Assembly: GCA_963666985.2 (NCBI GenBank)
Contig: CAXXIA010000002.1
Coordinates: forward strand, 1,376,001 to 1,440,000
DNA: 64,000 bases
Direction of reading: 5' to 3'
From: Spirochaetia bacterium
GTDB taxonomy: Bacteria; Spirochaetota; Spirochaetia; DSM-2461
How positions within the stretch are numbered: position 1 is the stretch's first letter; the number at the start of each line of letters is the position of its first letter. The translations under genes and the position numbers were made by a program. The notes beneath the pieces were generated by a model. It saw nothing but the letters and a program-made list of their open reading frames with translations, was not told the DNA's origin and made no database searches. Positions 29,198-39,717 of the stretch are shown one piece after another.

Positions 29198-29656
29198 ATG
29201 AAAGCAGAAAAATACACGGGACCGCACAGTTTCAGCATGCCCTCCTGGATCGGCTGTGCTCCTTTCGAACGGCTTCTCTCCATAACCATTGTTTTCGCGG
29301 AAGAAGGAAAAGCGGTTCTGAGCATGCCCTTTTATGAACAATATGCCCAAGGCGCCGGACTGATGCACGGAGGCGCGCTGTTAAGCCTGGCCGATACGGC
29401 CGCTGTAATGGCGGTAAAAAGCCTGACGGCACCGGGAACGCATTTCGCCACAATTTCGGTAGAAAGCCGTTTTCATCATCCGGTTAAACAGGGGATTCTT
29501 TCCGCGGAAGCGGCGGCAGAGGAATGCGGGGAAAGGATGCTAAGGGGGCACTGCGATATCCTGGACGAATCGAAAAGAACGGTAATGAGTTTCGATGCCG
29601 TTTATAAAATCGCATCGGATGCGAACATCAGGAATATTTCATTCAATATCACATAA
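29198..29656 (+). CDS. PaaI family hotdog thioesterase
   Basis: QGAGLMHGGALLSLADTAA motif. Confidence 0.88.
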   Translation: MKAEKYTGPHSFSMPSWIGCAPFERLLSITIVFAEEGKAVLSMPFYEQYAQGAGLMHGGALLSLADTAAVMAVKSLTAPGTHFATISVESRFHHPVKQGILSAEAAAEECGERMLRGHCDILDESKRTVMSFDAVYKIASDANIRNISFNIT

Positions 29657-31066
29657 ACCGGGCATCAAATCAGGCCGCCGGCCGTTCCAAGGAGAAGCTT
29701 TCTCAAAGGCATACGAAGCCTGAAGAACCAAATCGTCCCGATGGCGGGGAGCGATAATCTGCAGCCCGACGGGAAGTCCCGAAGGCGTAAAACCCGCTGG
29801 GAGGGTTGCCGCCGGATGTCCTGAAAAATTAAAGGGATAGGTAAAGGCCACGTCTCCCAGAGGTGCCAAGCGCCGACCTTCCATCGTCTCGGGAGGAGGA
29901 GCTTCCGCGCGAAACGCCTCGCCGGGCATTGTCGGCGTCAGAAGCAAATCAAAAGTTTCGAAGATGCTTCCGATTTCGGCATTCAGCAGGGCCCGCCTTT
30001 TTTGGATAACCGTAATCTCTTCGACGGTCAACCGCCGGGCCTCATCGAGAATCCCGGAGAGGGAACGGCCGATTTGTCCGCGCTCATTTTCCGGAATCTC
30101 TTTAACTTGTGTATAAATATCCGAAGCAAAAAACACGGGCCATGCATCACCCAGTTCCGGCAGAGTGCCGGACCACAGCGTGACACCATGCCCCATCTCT
30201 TCAAAAACCCGAACGGCATTTTCCACCGAGGACAGAACTTCCTTCTGAACAACCGCGTATCCGAGATTGGGACTGAAGGCAATGTTCAGGTGTTCGGGAA
30301 GATCTTCGAGAATCTCCGCATACGATACTGTCGGCGCGGAAAGCGAATACGGATCCGCGGGATGCGATCCCGAGGCGCAGTCCAGATAAAGCGCCGCATC
30401 CCGAACACTGCGCGTTAACGGTCCGAAAGAAGTAAGGCCGCTGAACCCGGTACACGGCGAAGGACCGGCCGGGATACGGCCGAACGTGGGCTTCATTCCG
30501 AAACAGCCGCAATAAGAAGCGGGAATGCGTATGGAACCGCCGGAATCGGATCCGGTGGCAATGGGAACCAGGCCGCCGGCGACGGCCGCCGCGGAACCGC
30601 CGCTGGAGCCGCCCGAAGTCCGTTCCAAATTAAAAGGATTTCGGGTAATGCCGTACAGTCTGTTTTTCGTAAAACCGGTAAATCCGAATTCGGGAACATT
30701 GGTCTTACCCACGACAATGGCGCCGGCGGCCTTCAGCCGCGCCACCTGAACGGAATCCGCGGATGCGATATTGTTCCGATAACAAAGAGATCCGTAACTG
30801 GTCACCATACCGGCGACATCTTCCAAATCCTTTACGCCGATGGGAACTCCGGCAAGCGGACCGAAGGTTTTCCCTTTCGCCATGGCTTCGCTCATGTCGT
30901 AGGCTTCCTTCAGCGCTTCTTCCGGCCGCAAGGCCGCAAAGGCGATCAATTCCGGATTAACCGCCTCGATGTACTCAAGGGTGCCGCGCATCACTTCCAA
31001 AGGAGAAATCTCTTTTCCCGCGATAAGAGAAGCCGTTTCCCAGGCTGTTTGAAAACTCAAAGACAT
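29639..31066 (-). CDS. Amidase-signature family amidase
   Basis: GVPIGVKDL, GKTNVPEFG, GGSSGGSAAAVA, GSDSGGSIRIPAS (Ser-cisSer-Lys triad). Confidence 0.93.
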   Translation of the reverse strand: MSLSFQTAWETASLIAGKEISPLEVMRGTLEYIEAVNPELIAFAALRPEEALKEAYDMSEAMAKGKTFGPLAGVPIGVKDLEDVAGMVTSYGSLCYRNNIASADSVQVARLKAAGAIVVGKTNVPEFGFTGFTKNRLYGITRNPFNLERTSGGSSGGSAAAVAGGLVPIATGSDSGGSIRIPASYCGCFGMKPTFGRIPAGPSPCTGFSGLTSFGPLTRSVRDAALYLDCASGSHPADPYSLSAPTVSYAEILEDLPEHLNIAFSPNLGYAVVQKEVLSSVENAVRVFEEMGHGVTLWSGTLPELGDAWPVFFASDIYTQVKEIPENERGQIGRSLSGILDEARRLTVEEITVIQKRRALLNAEIGSIFETFDLLLTPTMPGEAFRAEAPPPETMEGRRLAPLGDVAFTYPFNFSGHPAATLPAGFTPSGLPVGLQIIAPRHRDDLVLQASYAFEKASPWNGRRPDLMPGLCDIE

Positions 31067-31381
31067 AAAGGAGCATCCTCCTTTTCCCTGAGGGAATCAT
31101 TCAATCACTGAAATCCGTCAAAATCGCTTCGGCACGGCTTCGTTTCGAAAACGCACCCGTCTTTATGAGTGTACCACAGAGAATCGGTAACCGGGACAAG
31201 CCTTCAAAGCGGCGATGTTCGCCGATATCCAAACCGAAAAATAAGACGACTAAAATACGGACTCGGCAGCCGTACGCTTCTAACAACTTTCGAATCCGCC
31301 GCTTACATAAAGTTCATAAACATATAAGAAAAATTGAGGACCGTTAATAAATCCTGTCATTTTCCAACAAAGAGGTATTCC

Positions 31382-32956
31382 ATGAAACGTTTCTTACTCC
31401 TTCCGGTTGTGCTATTGGCTGTAGGATCATCGATATTTGCCGGAGGCGGCAAAGAAAGCGATGAGGCCGCCGCGGCATCGTCGGAACCCAAGAATCTCAT
31501 TATTGCGGTTCAGGATCTTCCCCAGGCGGCGATTTCCGCCATGGCCGAAAACTCCAACGTGGCCATCAGAATCGATTTCTCTGTAGAAGAAAACCTGATT
31601 CAAACCGATTATTACGACAACTATAAGCTTAAACCCGGTTTGGCCGAATCCTGGGAACTGGTTGATGAAAAAACCCTGCGATTCAAGCTGCGCAAAGGCG
31701 TCAAATTTCATAACGGCGAAAAGATGACCGCCGAAGACGTGGCCTTTACATTCGGTAAAGAACGATTGCTTTCGGAAAACGCTCCGGGCCGGGCCGTTGC
31801 CGCCTCATTTCTTTCCAACATTGAATCGGTTACCGCCATCGACGACTATACCGTTGAAATCAAAGGCAAAAACCCGGATGCCCTGTTCGTTACCCGCTTT
31901 GCCAACTTCCCTTCCCAGATTATCAGTAAAAAAGGTTACGAAGACGCCGGAAGCTGGGAAGAATTCGGCCGCAAACCCGTTGGAACGGGCCCTTACAAAG
32001 TGACCGAATATACCGACGGCCAGCGCATTGTGATTGAACGATTCGCCGATTACTGGGGAGGCGATGTCGCGGCTGTTGACCGCGTTGAGTTCCGCAAAGT
32101 TCCCGAACTGGCCACTCGGATAGCCGGGTTGCGCAGCGGAGAATTCGATATCATCACCGAAGTTCCGCCGGATCAGGCCGAAGCCGTCAACAAAATGAGC
32201 GGCGTGAGCGTCGTCGGCGGTCCCATTCGAACCATCTACGGCATGTTTTTTGATGAAACAAGCAACACCCCCATGGCCGATCCGCGGATTCGCGAAGCCT
32301 TAACCCTTTCCATCGACCGCCGGCTTCTGGTTGATACGCTGTTCGGCGGGTATACCACCATTCCGAACAACTGGCAGATGAAGCTTTTTGGAGATATGTA
32401 CCTGGAGGATTATCCGGGACTGGAGTACAACCCCCGGCGCGCCAAAGAGCTGATGAAAGAAGCCGGATACCATGGTGAGAAAATCGTGTACCGCATTCTT
32501 CCGGGATACTACACCATGGAGCAGATCGTCTCCGAAGCGGTTACACAGATGTGGCAGGACGTCGGCTTCAACGTTGAACTTCAGGTTAAGGAAAACTGGA
32601 ATCAGATTCTTGAAGATAACGATGAACGGAATATTTTCAACGGTTCCTTCTCCGCTTATTATCCCGATCCGGTAGGACAGTTCTGGCGCCGTTTCGGGCC
32701 GGCTACCGGCGGCGCTTACGGAGGCCTGTGGACCAATCCCGATGAATTCGTAAAGCTGGGTTCCGTACTGGAAACCAATTACGACTTAAACGCCCGCCGT
32801 GATGCTTTCGAAAAAATGATGGACATCTTTAATAAAGATCCCAAGGGTGTTTACCTGTACAACCTTCCCATGATTTACGGTGTGCGCGACGGCGTGAAAT
32901 GGAACGCTCTTCCCATTGAAGGAATGGACCTTACCAAGGCCGCTCTGGAGCTGTAG
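31382..32956 (+). CDS. Family-5 ABC substrate-binding protein, AccA (agrocinopine-binding)-like
   Basis: Signal peptide ..FAGGGKE; NSNVAIRI, PGLAESW, DVAFTFGKERL, PVGTGPY, TRIAGLRSGEFDIIT, LEYNP..AK.LMKEAGY.GE.IVYR...YY. Confidence 0.85.
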   Translation: MKRFLLLPVVLLAVGSSIFAGGGKESDEAAAASSEPKNLIIAVQDLPQAAISAMAENSNVAIRIDFSVEENLIQTDYYDNYKLKPGLAESWELVDEKTLRFKLRKGVKFHNGEKMTAEDVAFTFGKERLLSENAPGRAVAASFLSNIESVTAIDDYTVEIKGKNPDALFVTRFANFPSQIISKKGYEDAGSWEEFGRKPVGTGPYKVTEYTDGQRIVIERFADYWGGDVAAVDRVEFRKVPELATRIAGLRSGEFDIITEVPPDQAEAVNKMSGVSVVGGPIRTIYGMFFDETSNTPMADPRIREALTLSIDRRLLVDTLFGGYTTIPNNWQMKLFGDMYLEDYPGLEYNPRRAKELMKEAGYHGEKIVYRILPGYYTMEQIVSEAVTQMWQDVGFNVELQVKENWNQILEDNDERNIFNGSFSAYYPDPVGQFWRRFGPATGGAYGGLWTNPDEFVKLGSVLETNYDLNARRDAFEKMMDIFNKDPKGVYLYNLPMIYGVRDGVKWNALPIEGMDLTKAALEL

Positions 32957-32960
32957 GGAA

Positions 32961-34952
32961 GTGTCTTTACTGGAAGTCCGGAATCTGAAAGTTCGTTTTG
33001 ATACGGTTAATGGACCGGTTGAAGCGGTTCGGGGGCTGGACTTCTTTCTTAATGAAGGAGAAATCCTGGGCGTTGTCGGTGAAACCGGATCGGGGAAAAG
33101 CGTTTCCTGCAAGGCACTGACCCGCCTGCTTCCCGACAATGCCGTAATTGACGGAGAAGTTCTGTTCAACGGAACGAATCTTCTGAAGCTTCCGCCCCGG
33201 AACCTGCGGACCGTCCGGGGAGATTCTCTGTCCATGATTTTTCAAGACCCCCAGAGCTGTCTAAATCCGATTAAGACCATTGAAAGTCACCTGAAAGAAG
33301 TTCTGATTCGTCATGGGCAGAAATCCGGCTTTCATAAAACAGCCAAAGATCGTTTAAAAGCCCTCCATATCAAATCACCGGGAAAACGGCTGAAAGACTA
33401 TCCGTTCCAGTTTTCCGGAGGCATGGCTCAGCGGGTTCAAATCGCCATGGCCACAACAGGCCATCCGGCCGTTATGATTGCCGATGAACCGACAACGGCC
33501 CTTGACGTTACCATCCAGGCGCGCATTCTCGGCGAGCTGAAAGCCCTTTCGCAAAAGGAAAAACTGGCGGTTATCCTCATTACTCACGATCTTTCGGTTG
33601 TTGCTGAAATCTGCGATCGGGTACTCGTACTCTATCACGGAAGAATCGTGGAAAGCGGACCGGTGGAATCCCTTTTGCATCATCCGACTCACCCCTACAC
33701 TCGGGCCCTTCTGGATTCGGTGCCGGCACTCGGCGCCGCCGGTACGCGCCTGAAACCGATTGCGCCGGATACGGGCGGCGAAAAAAACCTTAAAGGGTGT
33801 TCCTTCGCGCCCCGCTGCGGCTTTGTCCGCGACGATTGCCGCCTCGCCTTTCCTTCTCCGGAATATTCCGGGAAACGGATGGTACGCTGTTTTCATCCTC
33901 TTCTTTCCGCCGGGGAAAGCGCGGACGATTCCGGGAAACTTCCCATGTCTTTTTTAAACGATACCCAAACCGATCCCAAGAAAACGCCGGAACCGTCCGA
34001 AGACATTCTTTTTGAAGCGAACAATCTGATTTGCCGCTTCAGACTGAAAAGCATTGAAAATCCGTGGCTTCAGGCGGTGGACGAAGTAAGCCTCCGGGTA
34101 CGCCGCGGTGAAATCCTGGGAATCGTCGGCGAATCCGGTTCGGGAAAATCCACTCTGGCCAAAGCCGCCATGGGCCTCATAACGCCCTATTCGGGAACAA
34201 TGAAATACCGGGGAACACCCTATTACGGTTCAAACTGGGACTTCAAAGCGCATTGCCGAAGAACCCAGTATGTTTTCCAAGATCCTCTTGGGGCCCTGGA
34301 TCCCCGAATCCCGATTCTCTTCCAGTGCGCCGAACCGATATTTATCCATGAACATAATCCGGAGCGTTCCGAGGCGAAAAAGCGGGCGGCCGCCATGCTC
34401 CGGCGCTGCGGCCTGGAAGAGGAATTCCATCTCCGAAAGCCCTATAATCTTTCGGGCGGTCAACGGCAGAGAGCCGTACTGGCCCGATCATTAATTTTAA
34501 ATCCTGAGTTTCTTATCTGCGACGAACCGGTTTCGGCCATGGACGTTTCCGTTCAGGCTCAGATTATAAACCTGTTAAAAGACCTAGCCGCCGAAGAGGG
34601 TCTCACCATTCTTTTTATCAGTCACGATTTAAGTGTGGTTTCGGTCATCTGCCGGCGGGTGGCGGTGATGTATGCCGGACGGATTGTTGAAATAGGACGT
34701 ATGGAGGATCTGTTCAACAATCCGTCCCATCCCTATACCCGTCTGCTCATTAATTCGATTCCCGGAAAATCTTCTCGGGGAAAAGCCGCCGGTAATAGCC
34801 CCGATAAAAAGGTTTCGGAAGAATCCGACCTTTATTCGAACGGCTGTCCGTTCGCTTCACGGTGTCCGGAAGAACAAAAAATATGCCGGGAGAACAGACC
34901 TGTTCTTAAGAATATCGCATCTTTTCATCAGGCGGCCTGCCATGAGCGATAA
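32961..34952 (+). CDS. Fused two-domain peptide/opine ABC ATP-binding protein
   Basis: Two Walker A motifs ([17 protein letters not shown]), two signature motifs and two oligo-HPY Cys domains. Confidence 0.9.
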   Translation: MSLLEVRNLKVRFDTVNGPVEAVRGLDFFLNEGEILGVVGETGSGKSVSCKALTRLLPDNAVIDGEVLFNGTNLLKLPPRNLRTVRGDSLSMIFQDPQSCLNPIKTIESHLKEVLIRHGQKSGFHKTAKDRLKALHIKSPGKRLKDYPFQFSGGMAQRVQIAMATTGHPAVMIADEPTTALDVTIQARILGELKALSQKEKLAVILITHDLSVVAEICDRVLVLYHGRIVESGPVESLLHHPTHPYTRALLDSVPALGAAGTRLKPIAPDTGGEKNLKGCSFAPRCGFVRDDCRLAFPSPEYSGKRMVRCFHPLLSAGESADDSGKLPMSFLNDTQTDPKKTPEPSEDILFEANNLICRFRLKSIENPWLQAVDEVSLRVRRGEILGIVGESGSGKSTLAKAAMGLITPYSGTMKYRGTPYYGSNWDFKAHCRRTQYVFQDPLGALDPRIPILFQCAEPIFIHEHNPERSEAKKRAAAMLRRCGLEEEFHLRKPYNLSGGQRQRAVLARSLILNPEFLICDEPVSAMDVSVQAQIINLLKDLAAEEGLTILFISHDLSVVSVICRRVAVMYAGRIVEIGRMEDLFNNPSHPYTRLLINSIPGKSSRGKAAGNSPDKKVSEESDLYSNGCPFASRCPEEQKICRENRPVLKNIASFHQAACHER

Positions 34953-35910
34953 ATCGGTTCGGAAAATTACCGCTTTGTTTCATCGTTATTCTTATTTCTT
35001 TATTAAAATTATCCGGGCTCTGGTAACGGCGCTGATTATTATGGTGATCAGCTTTTTCATGATCCGCTCCTCAGGCAATCCGGCTCTTATTTACCTTGGA
35101 ACCGAAGCCACGCCCGAAGCCCTGGAATACTTCAACCACAAATGGGGATTGGATCGGCCGGTAATCCACCAGTTTTCATCCTATTTTGGCCGGCTGATGC
35201 ACGGGGAACTGGGAAACTCCCTGATTAAAAGCCGCCCCGTAGGAGAAATCATCGGAAGTCGTTTGGGCGCGACTCTTTCCCTGATGATTCCGGCGGCCGT
35301 TCTTTCCATCGGCGGCGGAATTATTTTGGGAACAATCGCGGCCCTTCGTCATAAAAAACCGCTGGACGGAACCATTCTGGTTGTATCGACGCTGGGATTC
35401 AGTCTGCCGAATTTCTTTTTCGGCGTTCTGCTGATCTTTCTTTTTTCGGTTGTTCTCGGGTGGCTCCCCTCCAGCGGGAACGAAGGATTCAGACATTACC
35501 TGATGCCCCTTACGGCCATTGTAACGGCGGACTGCGCCATCTTCACGCGTTTTACACGGGCCGCTCTGGTGGATATCTTCGACAGTCATTTCATCGCTTC
35601 GTTCCGCTCTCTCGGAATCAAGGAACGGCGGATCTTATTCCTGCAGGCCCTTCCAAACGCGGCGATTTCCCTGCTGACCATTTCCGGTTTCTACATCGGG
35701 TCTTTGGTAAGCGGAGCCATCATAACCGAAACGGTTTTTTCCTGGCCGGGACTGGGTTCGCTTCTGGTCGAATCCTTACGGGCCCGCGACTACCCAATCG
35801 TGCAGGCGCTCATGCTTCTTTTCGGATTCTCCATTGTCGTTACCAACCTGATTATCGACGTTCTTTACGGCGTGGCGGATCCGCGGATTCGAAAAGGGGC
35901 CGAAGAATGA
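34942..35910 (+). CDS. Peptide/opine ABC permease (DppB-like)
   Basis: WGLDRP, GFSLPNFF, ETVFSWPGLG, DPRIR. Confidence 0.9.
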   Translation: MSDKSVRKITALFHRYSYFFIKIIRALVTALIIMVISFFMIRSSGNPALIYLGTEATPEALEYFNHKWGLDRPVIHQFSSYFGRLMHGELGNSLIKSRPVGEIIGSRLGATLSLMIPAAVLSIGGGIILGTIAALRHKKPLDGTILVVSTLGFSLPNFFFGVLLIFLFSVVLGWLPSSGNEGFRHYLMPLTAIVTADCAIFTRFTRAALVDIFDSHFIASFRSLGIKERRILFLQALPNAAISLLTISGFYIGSLVSGAIITETVFSWPGLGSLLVESLRARDYPIVQALMLLFGFSIVVTNLIIDVLYGVADPRIRKGAEE

Positions 35911-36731
35911 AGAGGTTTTTCCGCATCCATCCTCCAAGATTTCTGTTTGCCGTCACCATCTTGGTTGGATTTGTAATTCTTTCCTTCATCCCGCTTCCTT
36001 TTGAGGCCAACGATCAGGTTCTGACCGATCGCTTCATTCCCCCGTCGTTTATGAACGGCGGACGGGCGGATCATCTTTTGGGTACTGATCATCTGGGACG
36101 GGATATGCTCAGCCGGACAATGGCGGGCATTCGAATCAGTTATTTTATCGCCCTGGCCGGAACGGTCGTTGGAGCGGCCATCGGAGTCGGCCTTGGCTTT
36201 TTGGCGGCCCGGTTTCAAAGCTGGACGGACGAACTGATTATGATGCTGGTGGATATTCAGGCATCCCTGCCGTTCATCCTGATCGCCATCGCCATGCTGT
36301 CTTTTATCAGCAGTTCGTTTCTGGTAATAGTCATTCTTCTGGGAGTGGCCGGTTGGGAAAAATACGCCCGGCTTACCCGGGCTCTCACCATGACCTCGAT
36401 GAACCACGGATATGCCCGAGCGGTAAAGGCTGCCGGTGCCTCCCAGGGAAGAATCTTTTTCAGACACATTCTTCCCAATATTTCCGGAGCGCTGATTGTG
36501 AACATGACATTGAATTTCCCGGGAACCATGATCGCCGAGAGTTCCTTGAGCTTTCTGGGACTGGGAATCCAGCCGCCGCTGATAAGCTTGGGACGGCTTC
36601 TCGGAGAAGGCCGGGTTTATCTGCTCACCGCCTGGTGGATCACCGTTGTTCCCGGGGCCGTAATCTTTTTATCAACCCTGGCCATGACCATCGTCGGAGA
36701 CTGGGCACGGGATCGGAGCGGTACACGATGA
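35907..36731 (+). CDS. Peptide/opine ABC permease (DppC-like)
   Basis: LLGTDHLGRDMLSR, HILPN, ESSLSFLGLGIQPP. Confidence 0.9.
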   Translation: MKRFFRIHPPRFLFAVTILVGFVILSFIPLPFEANDQVLTDRFIPPSFMNGGRADHLLGTDHLGRDMLSRTMAGIRISYFIALAGTVVGAAIGVGLGFLAARFQSWTDELIMMLVDIQASLPFILIAIAMLSFISSSFLVIVILLGVAGWEKYARLTRALTMTSMNHGYARAVKAAGASQGRIFFRHILPNISGALIVNMTLNFPGTMIAESSLSFLGLGIQPPLISLGRLLGEGRVYLLTAWWITVVPGAVIFLSTLAMTIVGDWARDRSGTR

Positions 36732-38170
36732 AAATAATTCTTTTCGGTTTTGACGGACTGCGGGCGGATATGGTGAATCATTCATCCATGCCGCATCTGG
36801 CTTCATTTTTGGAATCCAATGTTTGGTATTCCGATGTTCGCTCGGTCTTTCCCGCCGAAACATACGTAAATCATCCCAGCATTTTCACCGGTTTTCTTCC
36901 CGAGCGTCACGGAATGGTGGCCAATGCCTTTTTCGACGCGGCGGTATCCAGGAAAGACTTCTTTCTCGGCAGTCTGGTGGAACGGATAGAAGAAGCGGAG
37001 AAACGGACAAGCGGCGCTCTGTTTCAGGTTCCGACTCTCACTGAAAATCTTGCCGCTCACGGACTTAAATACTTCAGCATCAGTTCGAACTCTCCGGGCA
37101 GTACGCGGCTTATGGCTCATAAAGCCCCGAGTATCGGCGGAGTGAATATTTCGGTAAACGGGATTGCCCACGCCTGCCCGGAATCCCTTCGCGGGAAATA
37201 TGGGCCGGATTCCGAAGAACCGCTGGTAAAACCCGATTTAAAGGGACTGCGAAAAATGAATCAGATCGTTCACGATCTGGTGCGTGAAGACGGACTGCCG
37301 GATGTCGGCATTATCTGGTATGGAGAACCCGACCACAGTTTTCATGCCTTCGGACTCGATGCCCCCGAAAGCTCGGAATGCCTTCGGAGCGCCGATGAAT
37401 GTTTTGCCGAAATCGTCGAAGCCTACGGTAAAAACGATGATGTTCAAATCATCGTGGTTTCCGATCACGGCCATATTACCATTCGGGAACATTTCGATCT
37501 TATCGCGGCATTGGAGAATGCCGGTTTCCGGCATGGCGAATCGCTGGAAAGCCCAAGCGCCGATTTCACCCTTTTATGGGGGTACAGCGGCAATATCTAT
37601 CTTCGAAATCAGAACAGACTGGAAGACTTCTGCGAAGCCCTGCGGGCGATGGATGAAGTGGGGATGCTGTTTACCCGAGACCGCAACGGCAGAGACGGCT
37701 TGGCCTCCGGAACATTCTCAAGCCGTCTTGTCGGCGGAGACCATGCGCGAGCCGGAGATATCCGCTTTATTCTGCGTGCTTTTGATGAAAAAGGCCCCGG
37801 AGGGTATCCGGGAATCTGTGTTTGCGCCGCTTCAATGCTTGATGTCGGCTGCGGTATTCACGGAGGGCTTCATCCGGGTGAACTGCGAACCGTCCTCGGT
37901 TTCGGCGGATCGGCCTTTAAAAAAAGCCGAATCGTTGAGAATCCGGCGGGGGTTATCGACATCGCTCCCACGATTTATCGTCTTTTAAAAATCAAACCGG
38001 CCCTTAATCCTCAGGGCCGAATTCTTAAAGAGGCTTTGATGGGTGAACCGTCAACTCATCCGGAAGCTGAAAAAGAAATTTTCCGCTGTGGAAACGCCCG
38101 CTTTTCACAGGAATTGAGTATCGATTATATTGCCGGGATTCCTTACATCGATCGGGGCGGGCGGGTTTAA
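36728..38170 (+). CDS. Alkaline-phosphatase superfamily phosphodiesterase (NPP-like)
   Basis: FDGLRAD, SVFPAETYVNH (Thr nucleophile), EPDHSFH, VSDHG, GIHG. Confidence 0.85.
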   Translation: MKIILFGFDGLRADMVNHSSMPHLASFLESNVWYSDVRSVFPAETYVNHPSIFTGFLPERHGMVANAFFDAAVSRKDFFLGSLVERIEEAEKRTSGALFQVPTLTENLAAHGLKYFSISSNSPGSTRLMAHKAPSIGGVNISVNGIAHACPESLRGKYGPDSEEPLVKPDLKGLRKMNQIVHDLVREDGLPDVGIIWYGEPDHSFHAFGLDAPESSECLRSADECFAEIVEAYGKNDDVQIIVVSDHGHITIREHFDLIAALENAGFRHGESLESPSADFTLLWGYSGNIYLRNQNRLEDFCEALRAMDEVGMLFTRDRNGRDGLASGTFSSRLVGGDHARAGDIRFILRAFDEKGPGGYPGICVCAASMLDVGCGIHGGLHPGELRTVLGFGGSAFKKSRIVENPAGVIDIAPTIYRLLKIKPALNPQGRILKEALMGEPSTHPEAEKEIFRCGNARFSQELSIDYIAGIPYIDRGGRV

Positions 38171-38206
38171 TTCACCGCTCATTGGAGCGGCCGAACTGAT
38201 GGGCCT

Positions 38207-38250
38207 AAAAAAGGCGAACCCGGACGCAACATCCCGGATTCGCCTTTAAA
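38207..38250. terminator. Bidirectional terminator between convergent genes
   Basis: AAAAAAGGCGAA..TTCGCCTTT inverted repeat. Confidence 0.7.
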
Positions 38251-38270
38251 GCAGATTCTCGAATCGTACG

Positions 38271-39533
38271 CTATTCCGCGTCGGCCTTCAAAACGGTATT
38301 CAGCAGAACGGTAGCTCCTTCGGTGCAGTGCTCAACGGTGGAGAACTCATCTTCACTGTGGGAAATCCCGTCTTTCGACTGAACGAACAGCATCGTGGTG
38401 GGCATCATGTAAGCGGCGAACTGAGCATCGTGTCCGGCGCCGGAATGCAGAACCTGATGACTGATTCCCGATTCTTCGGCGGCTTCTTTTGCATAGCCCA
38501 CAAGCTTTTCATCCCAGTAAACGGTGTCGCGGTTCCACATTTTCTCAACTTCACAGCGGCATCCGGCCCATTCTTTACCGTTGCAGCTTTTCACGATGGC
38601 CAGCACTTTCTCAAGAACTTTCGGATCGTCGTGACGGGAGTCGAGAGAGAAATCGACATAATCGGGAACACAGGTATGCACGCAGGGGTGGCAGACGATT
38701 TCACCGGTGGTGTACACAAGTTCCGGATGCCCCAGCTTGTCGATTTCCTCATGGAGATAGCAGATGGCCTGCGAGGCCGCGAACAGAGCGTCTTTTCTCT
38801 TCTGCATGGGGAAGGTTCCCGCATGGACGGTTTGTCCGTAAAACCGGAAGCGGTAATTGAACATCCCCATGACGCAGTCGACGATACCGACATCCTTTCC
38901 CGCATCTTCCAGAATGGGTCCCTGCTCGATATGGATTTCAAACATGTATTTATACTGGTCCGGATTCAATCTGTACTTTTTGTCGCCTTTAAATCCGGAT
39001 TGATTCAGCGCTTCGCCGAAGGTCTTGGTCGCGTCCAGCATGCTCTTGGAGACCATCATATCTTCATATTTGAATTTTTCCCGAATGGCTTCCGGCAGAT
39101 AATCGTAGCAGACGATTCCGGAGACCATCATGGCGGGCGGATAAAGGGAGCCTTCCTCATTGGTCCAAACCATGGCCGTTAAGGGATGTTTGTGAGGAAT
39201 CTTCTTTTCGGCGACCGTTTCAAGAACTTCCATGGCGGACATAACGCCGAGGATTCCGTCGTAGTTGCCGCCGTTTTTCACCGAATCGGTATGGGAGGCC
39301 ATAACGATCCGCTTTGCATTCGGATCGCTTCCCGGAAGAGTCGCGTACATATTGGCCACATCGTCAACTTCGATTACGGCACCGATGGCTTCCATTCGCT
39401 TTTTAAATTCGTTTCGGGCCTGAATGTCTTCGGGAGACAGAGAATATCGAGTAACACCGCCGTGGCCGGCATCACCAAATTGACTGAATGTTTTAATTTT
39501 GTCTTCCATTCGATCATTGCTGCATGTATACAT
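38271..39533 (-). CDS. M20 Zn-dependent N-carbamoyl amidohydrolase (allantoate amidohydrolase / beta-ureidopropionase family)
   Basis: SHTDSVKNGGNYDG, WTNEEG, EIHIEQG, HAGT, SGAGHDA, GISH. Confidence 0.92.
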   Translation of the reverse strand: MYTCSNDRMEDKIKTFSQFGDAGHGGVTRYSLSPEDIQARNEFKKRMEAIGAVIEVDDVANMYATLPGSDPNAKRIVMASHTDSVKNGGNYDGILGVMSAMEVLETVAEKKIPHKHPLTAMVWTNEEGSLYPPAMMVSGIVCYDYLPEAIREKFKYEDMMVSKSMLDATKTFGEALNQSGFKGDKKYRLNPDQYKYMFEIHIEQGPILEDAGKDVGIVDCVMGMFNYRFRFYGQTVHAGTFPMQKRKDALFAASQAICYLHEEIDKLGHPELVYTTGEIVCHPCVHTCVPDYVDFSLDSRHDDPKVLEKVLAIVKSCNGKEWAGCRCEVEKMWNRDTVYWDEKLVGYAKEAAEESGISHQVLHSGAGHDAQFAAYMMPTTMLFVQSKDGISHSEDEFSTVEHCTEGATVLLNTVLKADAE

Positions 39534-39717
39534 CTTTTTAACCTCTCTGCTGTAATATCGCTCCATTATACGTCAGGCTTCGTCTTTTCGACACTTCCAA
39601 ATACCGGGAAGATTTTCATAGACAAAGGCTTTTCAAGGGAAAGAAAGCCGAAGTTGCCCGTGAAATACCGAAATCCGCCGAAAAGAAGCGCTTACGGTAT
39701 TCGACGGCCGCAAATCC

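Noticed and set aside
29639..31066. Calling the amidase gatA
   Set aside because: No gatC/gatB neighbours, and it lacks the GatA-specific RRIxxG region, so it is a generic amidase-signature enzyme.
31300..31360. Pho-box-like words (CTGTCAT, CATAAA repeats) upstream of the AccA-like operon
   Set aside because: Spacings are 9 and 12 bp rather than the canonical 11, so this is too weak to call.
17500..39700. Prophage/ICE interpretation of the accessory block
   Set aside because: No integrase, transposase, phage or conjugation genes, tRNA or att-like direct repeats were seen.
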